The notes beneath the pieces were generated by a model. That model ran no database searches. It saw only the letters and a program-made list of their open reading frames with translations, and was not told the origin of the DNA. A program made the translations under genes and the position numbers. Below are positions 19,249 to 28,323 of a stretch of 64,000 bases of DNA, piece by piece (within the stretch, counting starts at the first letter, position 1; the number at the start of each line of letters is the position of its first letter). Source of the stretch: an uncultured delta proteobacterium (GTDB taxonomy: Bacteria; Myxococcota_A; Polyangia; Haliangiales; Haliangiaceae); contig CAWKDB010000010.1 in the NCBI GenBank assembly GCA_963848295.1, forward strand, positions 1,664,001-1,728,000, read 5' to 3'.

Positions 19249-19557
19249 TCATTTACCCCGCTCGAACGAAGCCGCACTCGCGTCCGGGGCGATGAAGTCG
19301 CGCAGCGGCGCTCGAATTCGCCCGGTGAAGTAGCACCCGAAGCCAGGATAACGGTCGAGCTGTGGGTGGGCCTCGGCGATCGCGAGTCTGCGATGCGCAC
19401 CATGACCGATCGCGATCGCGGACCGAAACTCGAAATCGGTCTCGTTGACCCAGTCGATGTCGACGAGCGTGACCCACTGATCGGGATAACGGCGACGCAC
19501 CTCATCCCACGTGAGGCGTTCAGCGTTTTCGGTCACGCCAATAGATCCGGTTGACAC
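19249..19557 (-). CDS. Small hypothetical protein, DUF5678-like
   Basis: LTWDEVRRRYPDQWVTL motif. Confidence 0.55.
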   Translation of the reverse strand: MSTGSIGVTENAERLTWDEVRRRYPDQWVTLVDIDWVNETDFEFRSAIAIGHGAHRRLAIAEAHPQLDRYPGFGCYFTGRIRAPLRDFIAPDASAASFERGK

Positions 19558-19584
19558 GTAGCGCTCGCTCCCATCGATGTCACT

Positions 19585-20100
19585 TCACGCAGCCCGCTGA
19601 AGAGTGGCTCCGTCGATGCGGTAACCGCGTTTCTTCGACCGTGGACGAGGCTGGTCCGCCGTGAATGCAGGTGCAACGCCTTCGATCGGCGGATTTCGTT
19701 CGTGGAGTCGGAAGAATGCATGCGACCGGATCGCGTAGGCATCCGGTCCCTTCACCGCTTCGGCGCCGTTTTCCCAGCGGTTGACCGTCGCGCGCACGAC
19801 GCCCAAGCGATGCGCGAACTCCTCCTGCGTGTCGCCGACCAACTTGCGGAGGTAACGAACCTCCATTGGAGCGAGCTCTTGGAGTTGGAGGAGGTCGACG
19901 GCGAGCAGAATCGCGATCTGATCCAAGAGCCCGCCGTACATGCTGACGTTCCCGCACTTCTGGCAAACGAGTGCGGGCATGTTGTGGACGACCACCTTCT
20001 TCATGTCGAGAAGCGGTCCGACATCGTGGTCGACATGCTTCTGAACAAGGTTGGCCTTGTGACAGACCCCGCAACGGATCTCGCTGGTTTTGGTTCGCAT
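19585..20100 (-). CDS. MqsA/YgiT-type zinc-finger plus XRE HTH antitoxin
   Basis: CGVC...VHNMPALVCQKCG; VRYLRKLVGDTQEEFAHRLGVVRATVNRWENG. Confidence 0.85.
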   Translation of the reverse strand: MRTKTSEIRCGVCHKANLVQKHVDHDVGPLLDMKKVVVHNMPALVCQKCGNVSMYGGLLDQIAILLAVDLLQLQELAPMEVRYLRKLVGDTQEEFAHRLGVVRATVNRWENGAEAVKGPDAYAIRSHAFFRLHERNPPIEGVAPAFTADQPRPRSKKRGYRIDGATLQRAA

Positions 20101-20103
20101 GTC

Positions 20104-20414
20104 CTATCCGTCCATGATCGTGATGAGGATGACCTGCTTGCCGAGATGATCTTTGTAGGCTCGACGCCGACCTTCGCGGTCGTCCCATCGAGCGCGGTTC
20201 CGGTGACTCGCCACGAGGTTCCAGACGCTAGCCGCGGCGCATCGGGGTACGTCGTGCAGGCTGAAGCCGTCGCCACGATCTTCTTGGCATCGAACACGCT
20301 GAAGCTTCGAGCCTTCGCACGTTTCTCGAAATGAGCATCGACGATGTTTCGGCCGCCTAGCATCGCCTCCTGGATCCAGGCGAGGGCCTCGGTAGCGTTT
20401 CTTGGACCAGGCAC
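20104..20414 (-). pseudogene. Putative DUF4258/RelE-like toxin with a 1-nt frameshift near 20160
   Basis: HFEKRAKARSF...WRVTGTALDG. Adding one G gives VGVEAYKDHLGKQVILITIMDG-stop, ending 3 nt before the antitoxin ATG. Confidence 0.65.
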
Positions 20415-20417
20415 CGA

Positions 20418-20436
20418 ATGTAACATAGTGTTACAT
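20418..20436. promoter_or_regulatory. Perfect palindrome, putative antitoxin operator overlapping the TA promoter
   Basis: ATGTAACA-TAG-TGTTACAT; TTGACA on the minus strand at 20449-20454. Confidence 0.7.
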
Positions 20437-20727
20437 GAGACAGCTGGTTGTCAAACCGGTCGAGAGCCCAAGCCGAGCTTGACCGTCCTACGCGTGTGAT
20501 GGCGCGCCTCGGCAGCGTGAACCTTGTGTTGCGCGAGAAACGAGTGGTCGGGCCGTGCGGCGACAAGGACGTTCTCGTCACGTACGCGTGCAGCGCGGGA
20601 GACGCCCTCTCGATCATGATGCGAGACGTCGCCATCGGAAAGAGTGTCCGCGGCTCATCGAGGACGAAGAATTCACGCGCGGGGCTGGTGCCTCGACCTC
20701 TGCGACGCAGACGAAGAACGATGATCG

Positions 20728-20988
20728 TTGCATCGGCATGGCGGTGACCCGTTGGACGCCGACAAGCTGCGCCACGTCCTCCAGGACTTCGACACCCTGT
20801 TCGCGGTGGCCAACCCCACCGAACGCGAGCAGCTTCTGAAGCTCCTCATCAAACGGATCGTGTTCCGCGGCTTCGATGCCGAGGTAACGATGGAGCCTTT
20901 CAGCTCCGTTAACCTTCCCGGTGAAGGTTCGAAATTTCGAGCGTCTTGGCTCCGAAGGAGGGTTTCGAACCCCCGACCCGGCGGTTAA
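20728..20988 (+). pseudogene. C-terminal remnant of a large serine recombinase
   Basis: LQDFDTLFAVANPTEREQLLKLLIKRIVF resembles recombinase C-termini; the frame reads into the tRNA 3' end; no catalytic N-terminus seen. Confidence 0.55.
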
Positions 20989-21021
20989 CAGCCGCCTGCT
21001 CTACCACTGAGCTACTTCGGA
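20947..21021 (-). tRNA. tRNA-Asn (GTT)
   Basis: TCCGAAG-TAGCTCAGTGGTAGAGC-AGGCGGCT-GTT-AACCGCC-GGGTCGGGGGTTCGAAACCCTC-CTTCGGA-GCCA; 75 nt with encoded CCA. Confidence 0.97.
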
Positions 21022-21085
21022 AGAAGGGCCCTATAGATGACGCACGAGGTCGGGCCGTGTCAAGGACGGCGACCGCCGCGAACGG

Positions 21086-21943
21086 CTACTTGATGTAATA
21101 CCGGCCGACAAACGTAATGATGTAGTCGTCGCCGGCCGCTTTGAGGTCGTCGGCGAACACGATGCCGGCGTCGAACTTCGCCATCGAGTAGAAGCCGCCG
21201 ATCGCGACCGGGATGAAATCGGCAAACAGCACCTGGCCGCGCTTGCCGTTCTCACCGTTCGCGAACCAGATGTTCGCGAATTCGGTCGCGAAGAACGCGT
21301 AGATGTTCGGCGTGGCCTGGATCCCGACGCCGACCGGGAACGCGAAGGTCACCGGCTGGTTGTTGTTGAAGCCGATCGCGAGCTGGTAGCCGATCGGCGG
21401 GGGCTGGTAGTACTCGCCGAGGCCGGCGAGCGCGGTCGGGATGCCGTTGTTTCCCGTGAACACCGAGACCATCGGCGTGATCCGGTAGCGCAGCCACGCG
21501 CCGACCGACAGGCCGACCTTCGTGGCGCCGTCGAGGTTGAGGGTCAGCGCACCGGCCGCGGCGATGTCGAGCTTGTCGCGGTGGAACACGGCGTACGCGC
21601 CGTGGAACGCGAGCAGGCCGCCCGCCGAGGCGTCCGGGTTAAGGATCGCGGAGTAGTCGGCGCCGACTTCGAGGTTCGGAATCACGCCGTAGCTCGCGCC
21701 GAGCGACAGCAGCTCGGTGGTGTCGTGGCTGACGATCCCGGTCGGCGAGGTGGCGGTGACCTCGACGATCGGGATGCCGCCGTGGAGCTCGAGCTTGCCC
21801 TCGGGCGTGATCAGCGAGCGGTTGCCGATCTCGCTCGACCAATCGCTGTCGACCGGCGGCGCGGGGTCGGCGGGCGGATCGGCGAACGCGGTCGACGAGC
21901 TCAGCAGGCCGGCGCTTGCCAGCAACATCGCGCGCATCGTCAT
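21086..21943 (-). CDS. Probable outer-membrane beta-barrel protein
   Basis: Signal peptide, amphipathic strands and aromatic C-terminal strand (ITFVGRYYIK). Confidence 0.65.
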   Translation of the reverse strand: MTMRAMLLASAGLLSSSTAFADPPADPAPPVDSDWSSEIGNRSLITPEGKLELHGGIPIVEVTATSPTGIVSHDTTELLSLGASYGVIPNLEVGADYSAILNPDASAGGLLAFHGAYAVFHRDKLDIAAAGALTLNLDGATKVGLSVGAWLRYRITPMVSVFTGNNGIPTALAGLGEYYQPPPIGYQLAIGFNNNQPVTFAFPVGVGIQATPNIYAFFATEFANIWFANGENGKRGQVLFADFIPVAIGGFYSMAKFDAGIVFADDLKAAGDDYIITFVGRYYIK

Positions 21944-21982
21944 CCCGAAATCATCCCGCGCGACGCGATCGGGCGGCAAGGC

Positions 21983-23131
21983 CTATCGCGCGATCTTGCC
22001 GCGGTCGCCGAGGTATTCGCGCAGCATGACTTCAGACGACACACCGCCAACGACTTGCGGCTGAGCTCGCGACCGCTCGAGTGCGAACCCGACGATCTGC
22101 TGGATCGCTTGCTCGTAGGTCCGGCCACTCGCACGCACGCATTGCGCGTAGGCGCAGCCATCGGCGAGGTCGGGGTTCGGGTTGACCTCGAGGATGAACG
22201 CCTCGCCGGTCTTGGGATCGAGGCGCATGTCGACGCGCGCGTAGTCGCGACAGCCGAGCGCCTCGTAGGCGCGCAACGCGATCGACTGGATGTTCGCGAC
22301 GATCTGCGGGTCGAGGTCGTCGACCGGGCACTTGCTCTCCATCGAGTGGTAGTCGCGAGAGAACGGATCCCACTTCGCGCGGTAGGTGATGATATTCGGC
22401 AGCTTGCGGCCTTCGTTATCGGTGCCGCCCTTGAACTGCATCTCGTACAGCGGCATCGCCTCGGGCGGATTGTTGCCGATGATCGCGCAGTGGATCTCGC
22501 GGCCTTCGATGTACTCCTCGACCAGCGCCGCCATCTTGTGATCGCTCCGCACGTGGGCGATCCGCGCATCGAGCTCCGCGCGGTTGTGGACGACCGAGCC
22601 GGCGTCGATACCGCCCGAGGCGTCTTCGTACGCGGGCTTGATCATCAGCGGATAGCGCAGATCGAGGTCTTTCGGCGCGACGTTGCCGGTGACGACGACC
22701 GCGCGTGGCGTCGGCAAGCCGGCGTTGCGCAGGATCGCCTTCGCGTGCGGCTTCTTCTGACACAGCGACAGCGCGAGCGGCCGGTTGCCGGTGTACGAGA
22801 TGCCGAGCAGCTCGAACAGCGCGGGGACGTGATGCTCGTGCTCGAGGTCGTCGTGAAACCATTCGACGAGGTTCACCACGACGTCCGGCTTGTCGGCCGA
22901 GATCGCATCGAGCATCGCCTTCAGGTCGTCTTGAATGTTGACCGCGGTCGCGTGATGGCCGGCCGCGCGCACGCAGTCGGCGATCAGCTCGATCTCCTCG
23001 GCGACCGTATCCCACGGCTCGATGATCTTCGACGAATCCCAATCCGGGCTTCGTCGGCCTTCGCGGCGCCAGTGCTCGACGACGTCCTCGTCGGTCTGGT
23101 TCCACAAGATCAATACGCGTGCGCGATCCAT
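21983..23131 (-). CDS. D-Ala-D-Ala ligase-like ATP-grasp enzyme
   Basis: YPLMIKPAYEDASGGI, VEEYIEGRE, DYARVDMR, ILEVNPNPDL. Confidence 0.85.
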   Translation of the reverse strand: MDRARVLILWNQTDEDVVEHWRREGRRSPDWDSSKIIEPWDTVAEEIELIADCVRAAGHHATAVNIQDDLKAMLDAISADKPDVVVNLVEWFHDDLEHEHHVPALFELLGISYTGNRPLALSLCQKKPHAKAILRNAGLPTPRAVVVTGNVAPKDLDLRYPLMIKPAYEDASGGIDAGSVVHNRAELDARIAHVRSDHKMAALVEEYIEGREIHCAIIGNNPPEAMPLYEMQFKGGTDNEGRKLPNIITYRAKWDPFSRDYHSMESKCPVDDLDPQIVANIQSIALRAYEALGCRDYARVDMRLDPKTGEAFILEVNPNPDLADGCAYAQCVRASGRTYEQAIQQIVGFALERSRAQPQVVGGVSSEVMLREYLGDRGKIAR

Positions 23132-23204
23132 GCGACCCGACTACTCATACACAGGTACCACTGTGTGCGCGCGATGTCGATTGCGATGCGATCTCAGGTG
23201 ACGG

Positions 23205-25022
23205 TCATCCGATCGACGCGGTGCCCTGTCTCGTGCCCCACGGTTGCTTCGCGGCCACGTCATCCGCGCGCCGGCGTTGCTCGGGTGTCAGGCCGGCGCC
23301 GATCGCCGCGGTGAACCAAGCCGCGAATTCCCCCGCGGTCGCGATCCGATCGCGCCGATCCTTCGCGAGGCCGACCGCGAGCACGCGATCGACGTCGCCG
23401 GGCAGCTGCGCGAGGATCGACGGCTGCGTCGGCACTCGATACACGACGTCGTACAGCGTCGTCGGTACGTCCTTGCCCGAGAACGCGGGATGACCGGTGA
23501 CCGCGCGGTACACGATCGCGGCGAGCGAGTAGACGTCGGCGCGATGATCGACGTCCTCGCCCTTCGCCTGCTCGGGCGCCATGTAGGCCGGTGTGCCGAT
23601 GACGTGCCCCTTCGTCAGGGTGCCGGTCGAGCCGTGCTTGCTGACGCCGAAGTCGAGCACCTTCCAGACGCGCGCGTTGCCTTGGTCGGCGTGGAACACG
23701 TTGTGCGGCTTGAGATCGCGATGGACGATGCCCCCGGCCCGCGCCGCCTCGAGCCCGGCGGCGACTTGTTCGACGAGCTGGCGCACCGGCTCGAGCGCGA
23801 GCTTGCGCTGCCGGCGCAGCTGGTGCGCGAGGTCGTGGCCGCGCAGCCGCTCCATCGCGAGGAACGGGACCTCGCCGACCGTCGTGCCGACCTCCAGCAC
23901 GCGGACCACGTTCGGGGAGTCGAGCTTCGCGGACGTCTTGGCCTCGCGGATGAACCGCTGGACGTGAGTCGGATCGCCGAGTGCGCCGGGATGGAGCAGC
24001 TTGACCGCCGCCTCGCCGCCATCGGGGGTGCGCGCTTCATAGACCTCGCCCATGCCGCCGCGACCGATCAGCACGCCGAGCTTGAACGAACCGACGGTCT
24101 GGTCGGTGAATCGACCCGGCCCGCCGATCTTGAGCGCGCGATCGAGCTCGGCCCGCGCTTCGGCGAGCAACGCCTCGCGTTGCGCGACACCGCGCACTGC
24201 TTGCTCGAGCTTGTGCACCGCATCGAGCGTGACGCGTTGACTGACCCGGCCGGTATAGAACGCGATGAAGTAGAGGAACTCGACGACGAGCAGCACCGCG
24301 ACTTGCTCGAACGTCTTGAGCCCCGTCATGTTGACGATGCCGCGATCGACGAGCAACCCGGCCGCGATGCCGCCGCCGAGCACGAGGTGGAGCAACGCCA
24401 CGACGATGTACATGCCGGTCGTCACTCGCCCGTTCGAGCCGAGGCTGAAGAAGTAGATGCCGTAGACGATCATCGCGGCCACCGGCGAGCCCGCGCCCCA
24501 GTAATAGACGCCGCCGTACGAGCCGAACGCGATGACGAGCGCAGGCCCGAGCACGCGCCGCGGCCCGTAGGTCGCGGGATCCCGGGTGACGTGGAGCATC
24601 CACGCAGCGCCGATCGTCGTGAGGATGCAGCCGAGCATCACGACGCGAAACGCGATCGGATCGCCGCTCGTGGTGAACGCGCCGATCAAGCCGGCGAGGC
24701 ACGTGAAGATCGCGACCTTGAGAAACACCTGGGTCCGCGCGATCTCTTCGAGGCGCATCGCCTCGACCGGCGACGCGGTCATCGAGAACTTTGTCTGATG
24801 CGAATCGGTCGACGCGCGACGGCGCGGCAGGTCCGCGGTCGATTGCGCGTGTAGGTCCACCACGACCGGTGGCATCACGGTCGCGGTCGGCGCGGGCTCC
24901 GGCTCTTGCGCCGCCTCGAGGTCGTCGGCCTCGGTATCGCCGTCGTGATCCCCGTCGACGCGATGCTGCGGCCCGAGATCGACCGTCGGACGGTCGTCAT
25001 CCCCTGGGTGCCTTACCGCCAC
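23205..25022 (-). CDS. Membrane Ser/Thr protein kinase with N-terminal multi-TM region and C-terminal kinase
   Basis: IGRGGMGEVY, AVKLL, HRDLKPHN, DFG, GTPAYMAPE. GTG start supported by TATGCT 6 nt upstream. Confidence 0.9.
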   Translation of the reverse strand: MAVRHPGDDDRPTVDLGPQHRVDGDHDGDTEADDLEAAQEPEPAPTATVMPPVVVDLHAQSTADLPRRRASTDSHQTKFSMTASPVEAMRLEEIARTQVFLKVAIFTCLAGLIGAFTTSGDPIAFRVVMLGCILTTIGAAWMLHVTRDPATYGPRRVLGPALVIAFGSYGGVYYWGAGSPVAAMIVYGIYFFSLGSNGRVTTGMYIVVALLHLVLGGGIAAGLLVDRGIVNMTGLKTFEQVAVLLVVEFLYFIAFYTGRVSQRVTLDAVHKLEQAVRGVAQREALLAEARAELDRALKIGGPGRFTDQTVGSFKLGVLIGRGGMGEVYEARTPDGGEAAVKLLHPGALGDPTHVQRFIREAKTSAKLDSPNVVRVLEVGTTVGEVPFLAMERLRGHDLAHQLRRQRKLALEPVRQLVEQVAAGLEAARAGGIVHRDLKPHNVFHADQGNARVWKVLDFGVSKHGSTGTLTKGHVIGTPAYMAPEQAKGEDVDHRADVYSLAAIVYRAVTGHPAFSGKDVPTTLYDVVYRVPTQPSILAQLPGDVDRVLAVGLAKDRRDRIATAGEFAAWFTAAIGAGLTPEQRRRADDVAAKQPWGTRQGTASIG

Positions 25023-25075
25023 CGAAAAAGCATATGCCGCGGCGTCAGCGAGGGCCAGAACGACTCTTACGGGTC

Positions 25076-25741
25076 CTACAACCGGCCCGGGGTCTCGCAG
25101 TACGCGAACGTCTCGGTCTGGCACGTACAGCCATGTTCGTCACACGTGCAATTCATGCCGGTGTAGACCGCTTCGCAATCGCTGCGCGCGGTGCAGGCCG
25201 CCTCGTCGGTGAGGGACTCACATGCGGCGGGTGCGGTCTCGGGGGCGCAGCTCGTGAAGCTCGCGCTCGTCGTAGCGCCGGTGTACGTCGTGGTGCAATC
25301 GTCGCGCGTCGAGCAGCCGGTCGCGTCGAGCGTCGCGCACGCGCCGGTGAACCCTTCGTAGGGACCGGCCGCGTCGCAGGTCCAGAACTTCGTCTCGGCT
25401 CCGTTGGTGTCGTAGGTCGCGTGGCAGCCGGTCGCGCTCAAGCAAGCTTGCTCGGCGAGGCCGGTGCACGCGCTATCGCACTGCGGCCAGCCAGGGAACG
25501 GCTCGCAGCCGCCAGAGCCGTCCGGGCCCTGGTCATAGCAAGGCTGGCAGTCCTCGTAGCCCGACACCGGGTACGCGACGCACTGGTTCGTGGACGGATC
25601 GATCAAGTCCAGTTCGAGGACCTTGGCGACCGCACAACCGGCGTCGGGTTGGGTATCGTCGCCGTGGCCGCTACTGTTGTAGAGCGAGCACGCCGAGGTT
25701 GCCCCCAACGCGGCGAACGCCACGGCGAGCATCGCCTTCAT
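25076..25741 (-). CDS. Cys-rich lipoprotein, paralog C
   Basis: Lipobox TSAC; modules C..L.E..C....C.A.Y...F..C. Confidence 0.75.
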   Translation of the reverse strand: MKAMLAVAFAALGATSACSLYNSSGHGDDTQPDAGCAVAKVLELDLIDPSTNQCVAYPVSGYEDCQPCYDQGPDGSGGCEPFPGWPQCDSACTGLAEQACLSATGCHATYDTNGAETKFWTCDAAGPYEGFTGACATLDATGCSTRDDCTTTYTGATTSASFTSCAPETAPAACESLTDEAACTARSDCEAVYTGMNCTCDEHGCTCQTETFAYCETPGRL

Positions 25742-26388
25742 CGTGGAGTCTCGCAGTCGAGGAAGGTCTCGCTCGCGCACGTGCAGCCGCTCGCATCGCA
25801 CGTGCAGTTCATGCCGGTGTAGACCGCTTCGCAATCACTGCGGGCGGTGCACGTCGCCTCCTCGGTGAGCGTGGCGCATGCCGGGGCCGGGACTTCGGGC
25901 GCGCAGCTCGCGAAGATGAAGGTCGGCGCCGAGTTCGAGCCCGTGCTCTGCGGGCCGAGGTCGCTGAACGTCGCGGCGCAATCGTCGCGGGTCGAGCAAT
26001 CCTGCGCGTCGAGCGCCTTGCACGCCGCGGTGGAACCACCCGACGGGGTGAGCGCGTCGCACGTCCAGAAGCTCGTGCCGGTTGTGGTGGTCTCGTAGGT
26101 CGCGTGGCAGCCGCTCGTGGTCAAGCACGCTTGCTCGGCGAGACCGGTGCACGCGCTGTCGCACTGCGCCCAGTCGGGAGGATCCACGCCGCTGCCCTGG
26201 TCGGGACACGGTTCGCACCCGCACCAGCCGCCGCCGAGCGCGAACGTCTCGCACTGGTTCGTCGACGGATCGATCAAGCTCTCGGCGGGTTCCTTCGCGA
26301 CCGCACAACCCGCGTCGAGCTGGGTGTTGCCGCCGTTGTACAGCGAGCACGCCGAGGTCACGGCGAGCAACGCGACGAGCGCCTTCAC
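25738..26388 (-). CDS. Cys-rich lipoprotein, paralog B
   Basis: GTG start (VKALVALLAVTSAC) overlapping the upstream stop; closely similar to paralog C. Confidence 0.75.
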   Translation of the reverse strand: MKALVALLAVTSACSLYNGGNTQLDAGCAVAKEPAESLIDPSTNQCETFALGGGWCGCEPCPDQGSGVDPPDWAQCDSACTGLAEQACLTTSGCHATYETTTTGTSFWTCDALTPSGGSTAACKALDAQDCSTRDDCAATFSDLGPQSTGSNSAPTFIFASCAPEVPAPACATLTEEATCTARSDCEAVYTGMNCTCDASGCTCASETFLDCETPR

Positions 26389-27557
26389 AGGCCGCCCGCC
26401 CCTTCGCACCGCGAGAATGTCTCCGAGTCGCAGGTGCACGTGCCGTTCGCGTCGCACGTGCAGTTCACGCCGGTGAACACCGCCGCGCAATCGCTGCGCG
26501 CTTCGCACGCGCTCTGGGTCGTCAGCGTCGTGCAGTCCGGGGTCGGGCACGACGCATCGGGGATGCAGTAGCCGCTCCAGCAACCGTCGGTGATGCCCGG
26601 CGTCGTGTTCGGCGGGCACGCCGGCGGCGCCATCGCGCACATCGGGCCGCTGCTCGTGCACGTGCCGGGGTCGCCCGGGCCGCAGTCCGCGCTCGGGATG
26701 CAGTAGCCGCTCCAGCAGCCGTCGAGGATGCCCGGCACGGTGTTGACCGGGCACGCCGGCGCCGCGATCGAGCACATCGGCCCGGTGCTCGTGCACGTGC
26801 CGGGGTTGCTGCCGTCGGGGATGCACAGGTTCGAGCAGTTCGTGCTGCCGTCGCCGGACATCGCGCAGGTCTGCGCGCAGTCGTAGCCGGTCGGGCACGA
26901 CATGTCTTCGCCGCACGCTTGGTCGGGCACGCACACCGCGGAGCACGTCATGCACGGCGTCTTCGGCTCGCTACCGTTACTGCCGCTGCAGCCCACGGTG
27001 CACTCCTGGGCACAGTGCGCTCCGGAGCCGCACGATCCGTCGGCGCCGCACGTCGTCGGGTTCTCGGCGGCACACGATTCGAAGCTCGTGGTCGAGCCGT
27101 CGCTCGCGTAGATCGAGATGCAGTTGTCGTGATCGGAGCAGTCCTGCGAGCCGAGGCCGTCGCATGCGGTCTCGACCGGACCGTTCGGCGCGACCGCTTC
27201 GCATTCCCAGTACGAGGTGCTGGCATCGGTCGCCGATTGATCGATGAAGAACGCGTGACAGCCCGCCGCCGCTTCACAGCTCGTCAGATCGAGCCCGTTG
27301 CAGCCGCTCGTGCACTGCGCCCAGTCGCCGGGGATCGCTTCGGGCGGCGTTTCGTAGCAAGGCCCGCACGAGTCGGTGCAGCCGCCGCCGCCGTCGGAGA
27401 ACGACTGGCACGAGCCGGTGTCCGGGTTGATCAGCATCTTGACGATACCGGAGCTCTCGCCACGGCTGGCCCCGGCGCAGACGTCATCGCCATTGCCAGG
27501 CCAGTACAGGCTGCAGCCGCCGAGGAATGCGCACAGGACGGCTAGCCTCATCTTCAT
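26385..27557 (-). CDS. Cys-rich lipoprotein, paralog A (with inserted repeats)
   Basis: Lipobox LGGC; same modules as B and C plus additional Cys-rich inserts. Confidence 0.8.
   Translation of the reverse strand: MKMRLAVLCAFLGGCSLYWPGNGDDVCAGASRGESSGIVKMLINPDTGSCQSFSDGGGGCTDSCGPCYETPPEAIPGDWAQCTSGCNGLDLTSCEAAAGCHAFFIDQSATDASTSYWECEAVAPNGPVETACDGLGSQDCSDHDNCISIYASDGSTTSFESCAAENPTTCGADGSCGSGAHCAQECTVGCSGSNGSEPKTPCMTCSAVCVPDQACGEDMSCPTGYDCAQTCAMSGDGSTNCSNLCIPDGSNPGTCTSTGPMCSIAAPACPVNTVPGILDGCWSGYCIPSADCGPGDPGTCTSSGPMCAMAPPACPPNTTPGITDGCWSGYCIPDASCPTPDCTTLTTQSACEARSDCAAVFTGVNCTCDANGTCTCDSETFSRCEGAGGL
26563..26805 (-). repeat. Intragenic tandem repeat, 135-bp period
   Basis: Two copies of PGTCTS.GPMC..A.PACP.NT.PGI.DGCWSGYCIP; on the + strand they begin at 26563 and 26698. 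Confidence 0.85.
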
Positions 27558-27570
27558 GGCGGTGAGCTTC

Positions 27571-27586
27571 AGCAAGCCTCGCGCCA
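27571..27586 (-). promoter_or_regulatory. Putative sigma54 promoter of the Cys-rich lipoprotein operon
   Basis: TGGCGCGAGGCTTGCT on the minus strand. Confidence 0.65.
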
Positions 27587-27732
27587 CCGGAATTCGCGGC
27601 GCAAGTGCGCGATCGCGCTCGGCAACCCGAGGTTCCGCCTCGAAAATCTGAGTCCGGGCGCGCTTCGATCTACCTGGTTTTCGACGCCCCCGCGCCTTGT
27701 GCCGGCTCGCGGCCCCTCATTAGATCCGCTGC

Positions 27733-28323
27733 GTGCGCGGCTCCTTTCATCCCTGGCTCGCCTTCGTCAGCTTCTTCAAGATCCTGTTCGGACGCCCGCT
27801 GCCGGCCGAGCTCGGCGACCTGTTGCCGGAAGCGGCGAGACCGAAAGCACTCCCGGCCGCGAAGCCGGAGGTCGCGAAGACCGAGCCCAAGCCCGAACCG
27901 AAACCGGATCCGGTGAAAGCGGCGAAGCTATCGGCGGCGCAACATCAGCGCGATGGCGCGCTCGCGTTGCTCGCGTTGTTGCAGCGCGAGGGCCGGCTCG
28001 TCGACTTCGTCCGCGATTCGGTCGACGGCGCGAGCGATGCGGACATCGGCGCCGCGGCGCGCGAGGTTCATCGCGGTTGTCGCAAGGTGCTCGATCAGCA
28101 CGTCACGCTCGAGCCTGTGATGCCAGGCGACGACGACGCGAAGGTCAGCGTGCCGAAGGGCTTCGACCCGGCCGAGATCCGGCTGATCGGCGAGGCGAAG
28201 GGCGAGCCGCCGTTCGCTGGCACGCTGCGCCATCACGGTTGGCGCGCGGTCGACACGAAGTTGCCGACGCTCGCCGAGGGCGTCGATCGCACCGTGATCG
28301 CACCGGCGGAAGTCGAGGTATGA
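27733..28323 (+). CDS. DUF2760 domain protein
   Basis: ALALLALLQREGRLVDF, IGAAAREVHRGC, GTLRHHGW, VIAPAEVE. Confidence 0.85.
   Translation: MRGSFHPWLAFVSFFKILFGRPLPAELGDLLPEAARPKALPAAKPEVAKTEPKPEPKPDPVKAAKLSAAQHQRDGALALLALLQREGRLVDFVRDSVDGASDADIGAAAREVHRGCRKVLDQHVTLEPVMPGDDDAKVSVPKGFDPAEIRLIGEAKGEPPFAGTLRHHGWRAVDTKLPTLAEGVDRTVIAPAEVEV

Noticed and set aside
20448..20747. 99-aa ORF as part of the recombinase
   Set aside because: No convincing catalytic or zinc-ribbon motif by eye.
15800..20946. Direct repeat of the tRNA-Asn 3' end (att site)
   Set aside because: No copy found by eye, so no bounded mobile element is annotated.
21983..23131. Calling this gene ddl
   Set aside because: Lacks the canonical N-terminal motif and cell-wall gene context; left at family level.
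21581..24854. Long plus-strand ORFs (577 and 536 aa)
   Set aside because: Shadows of the ATP-grasp and kinase genes.
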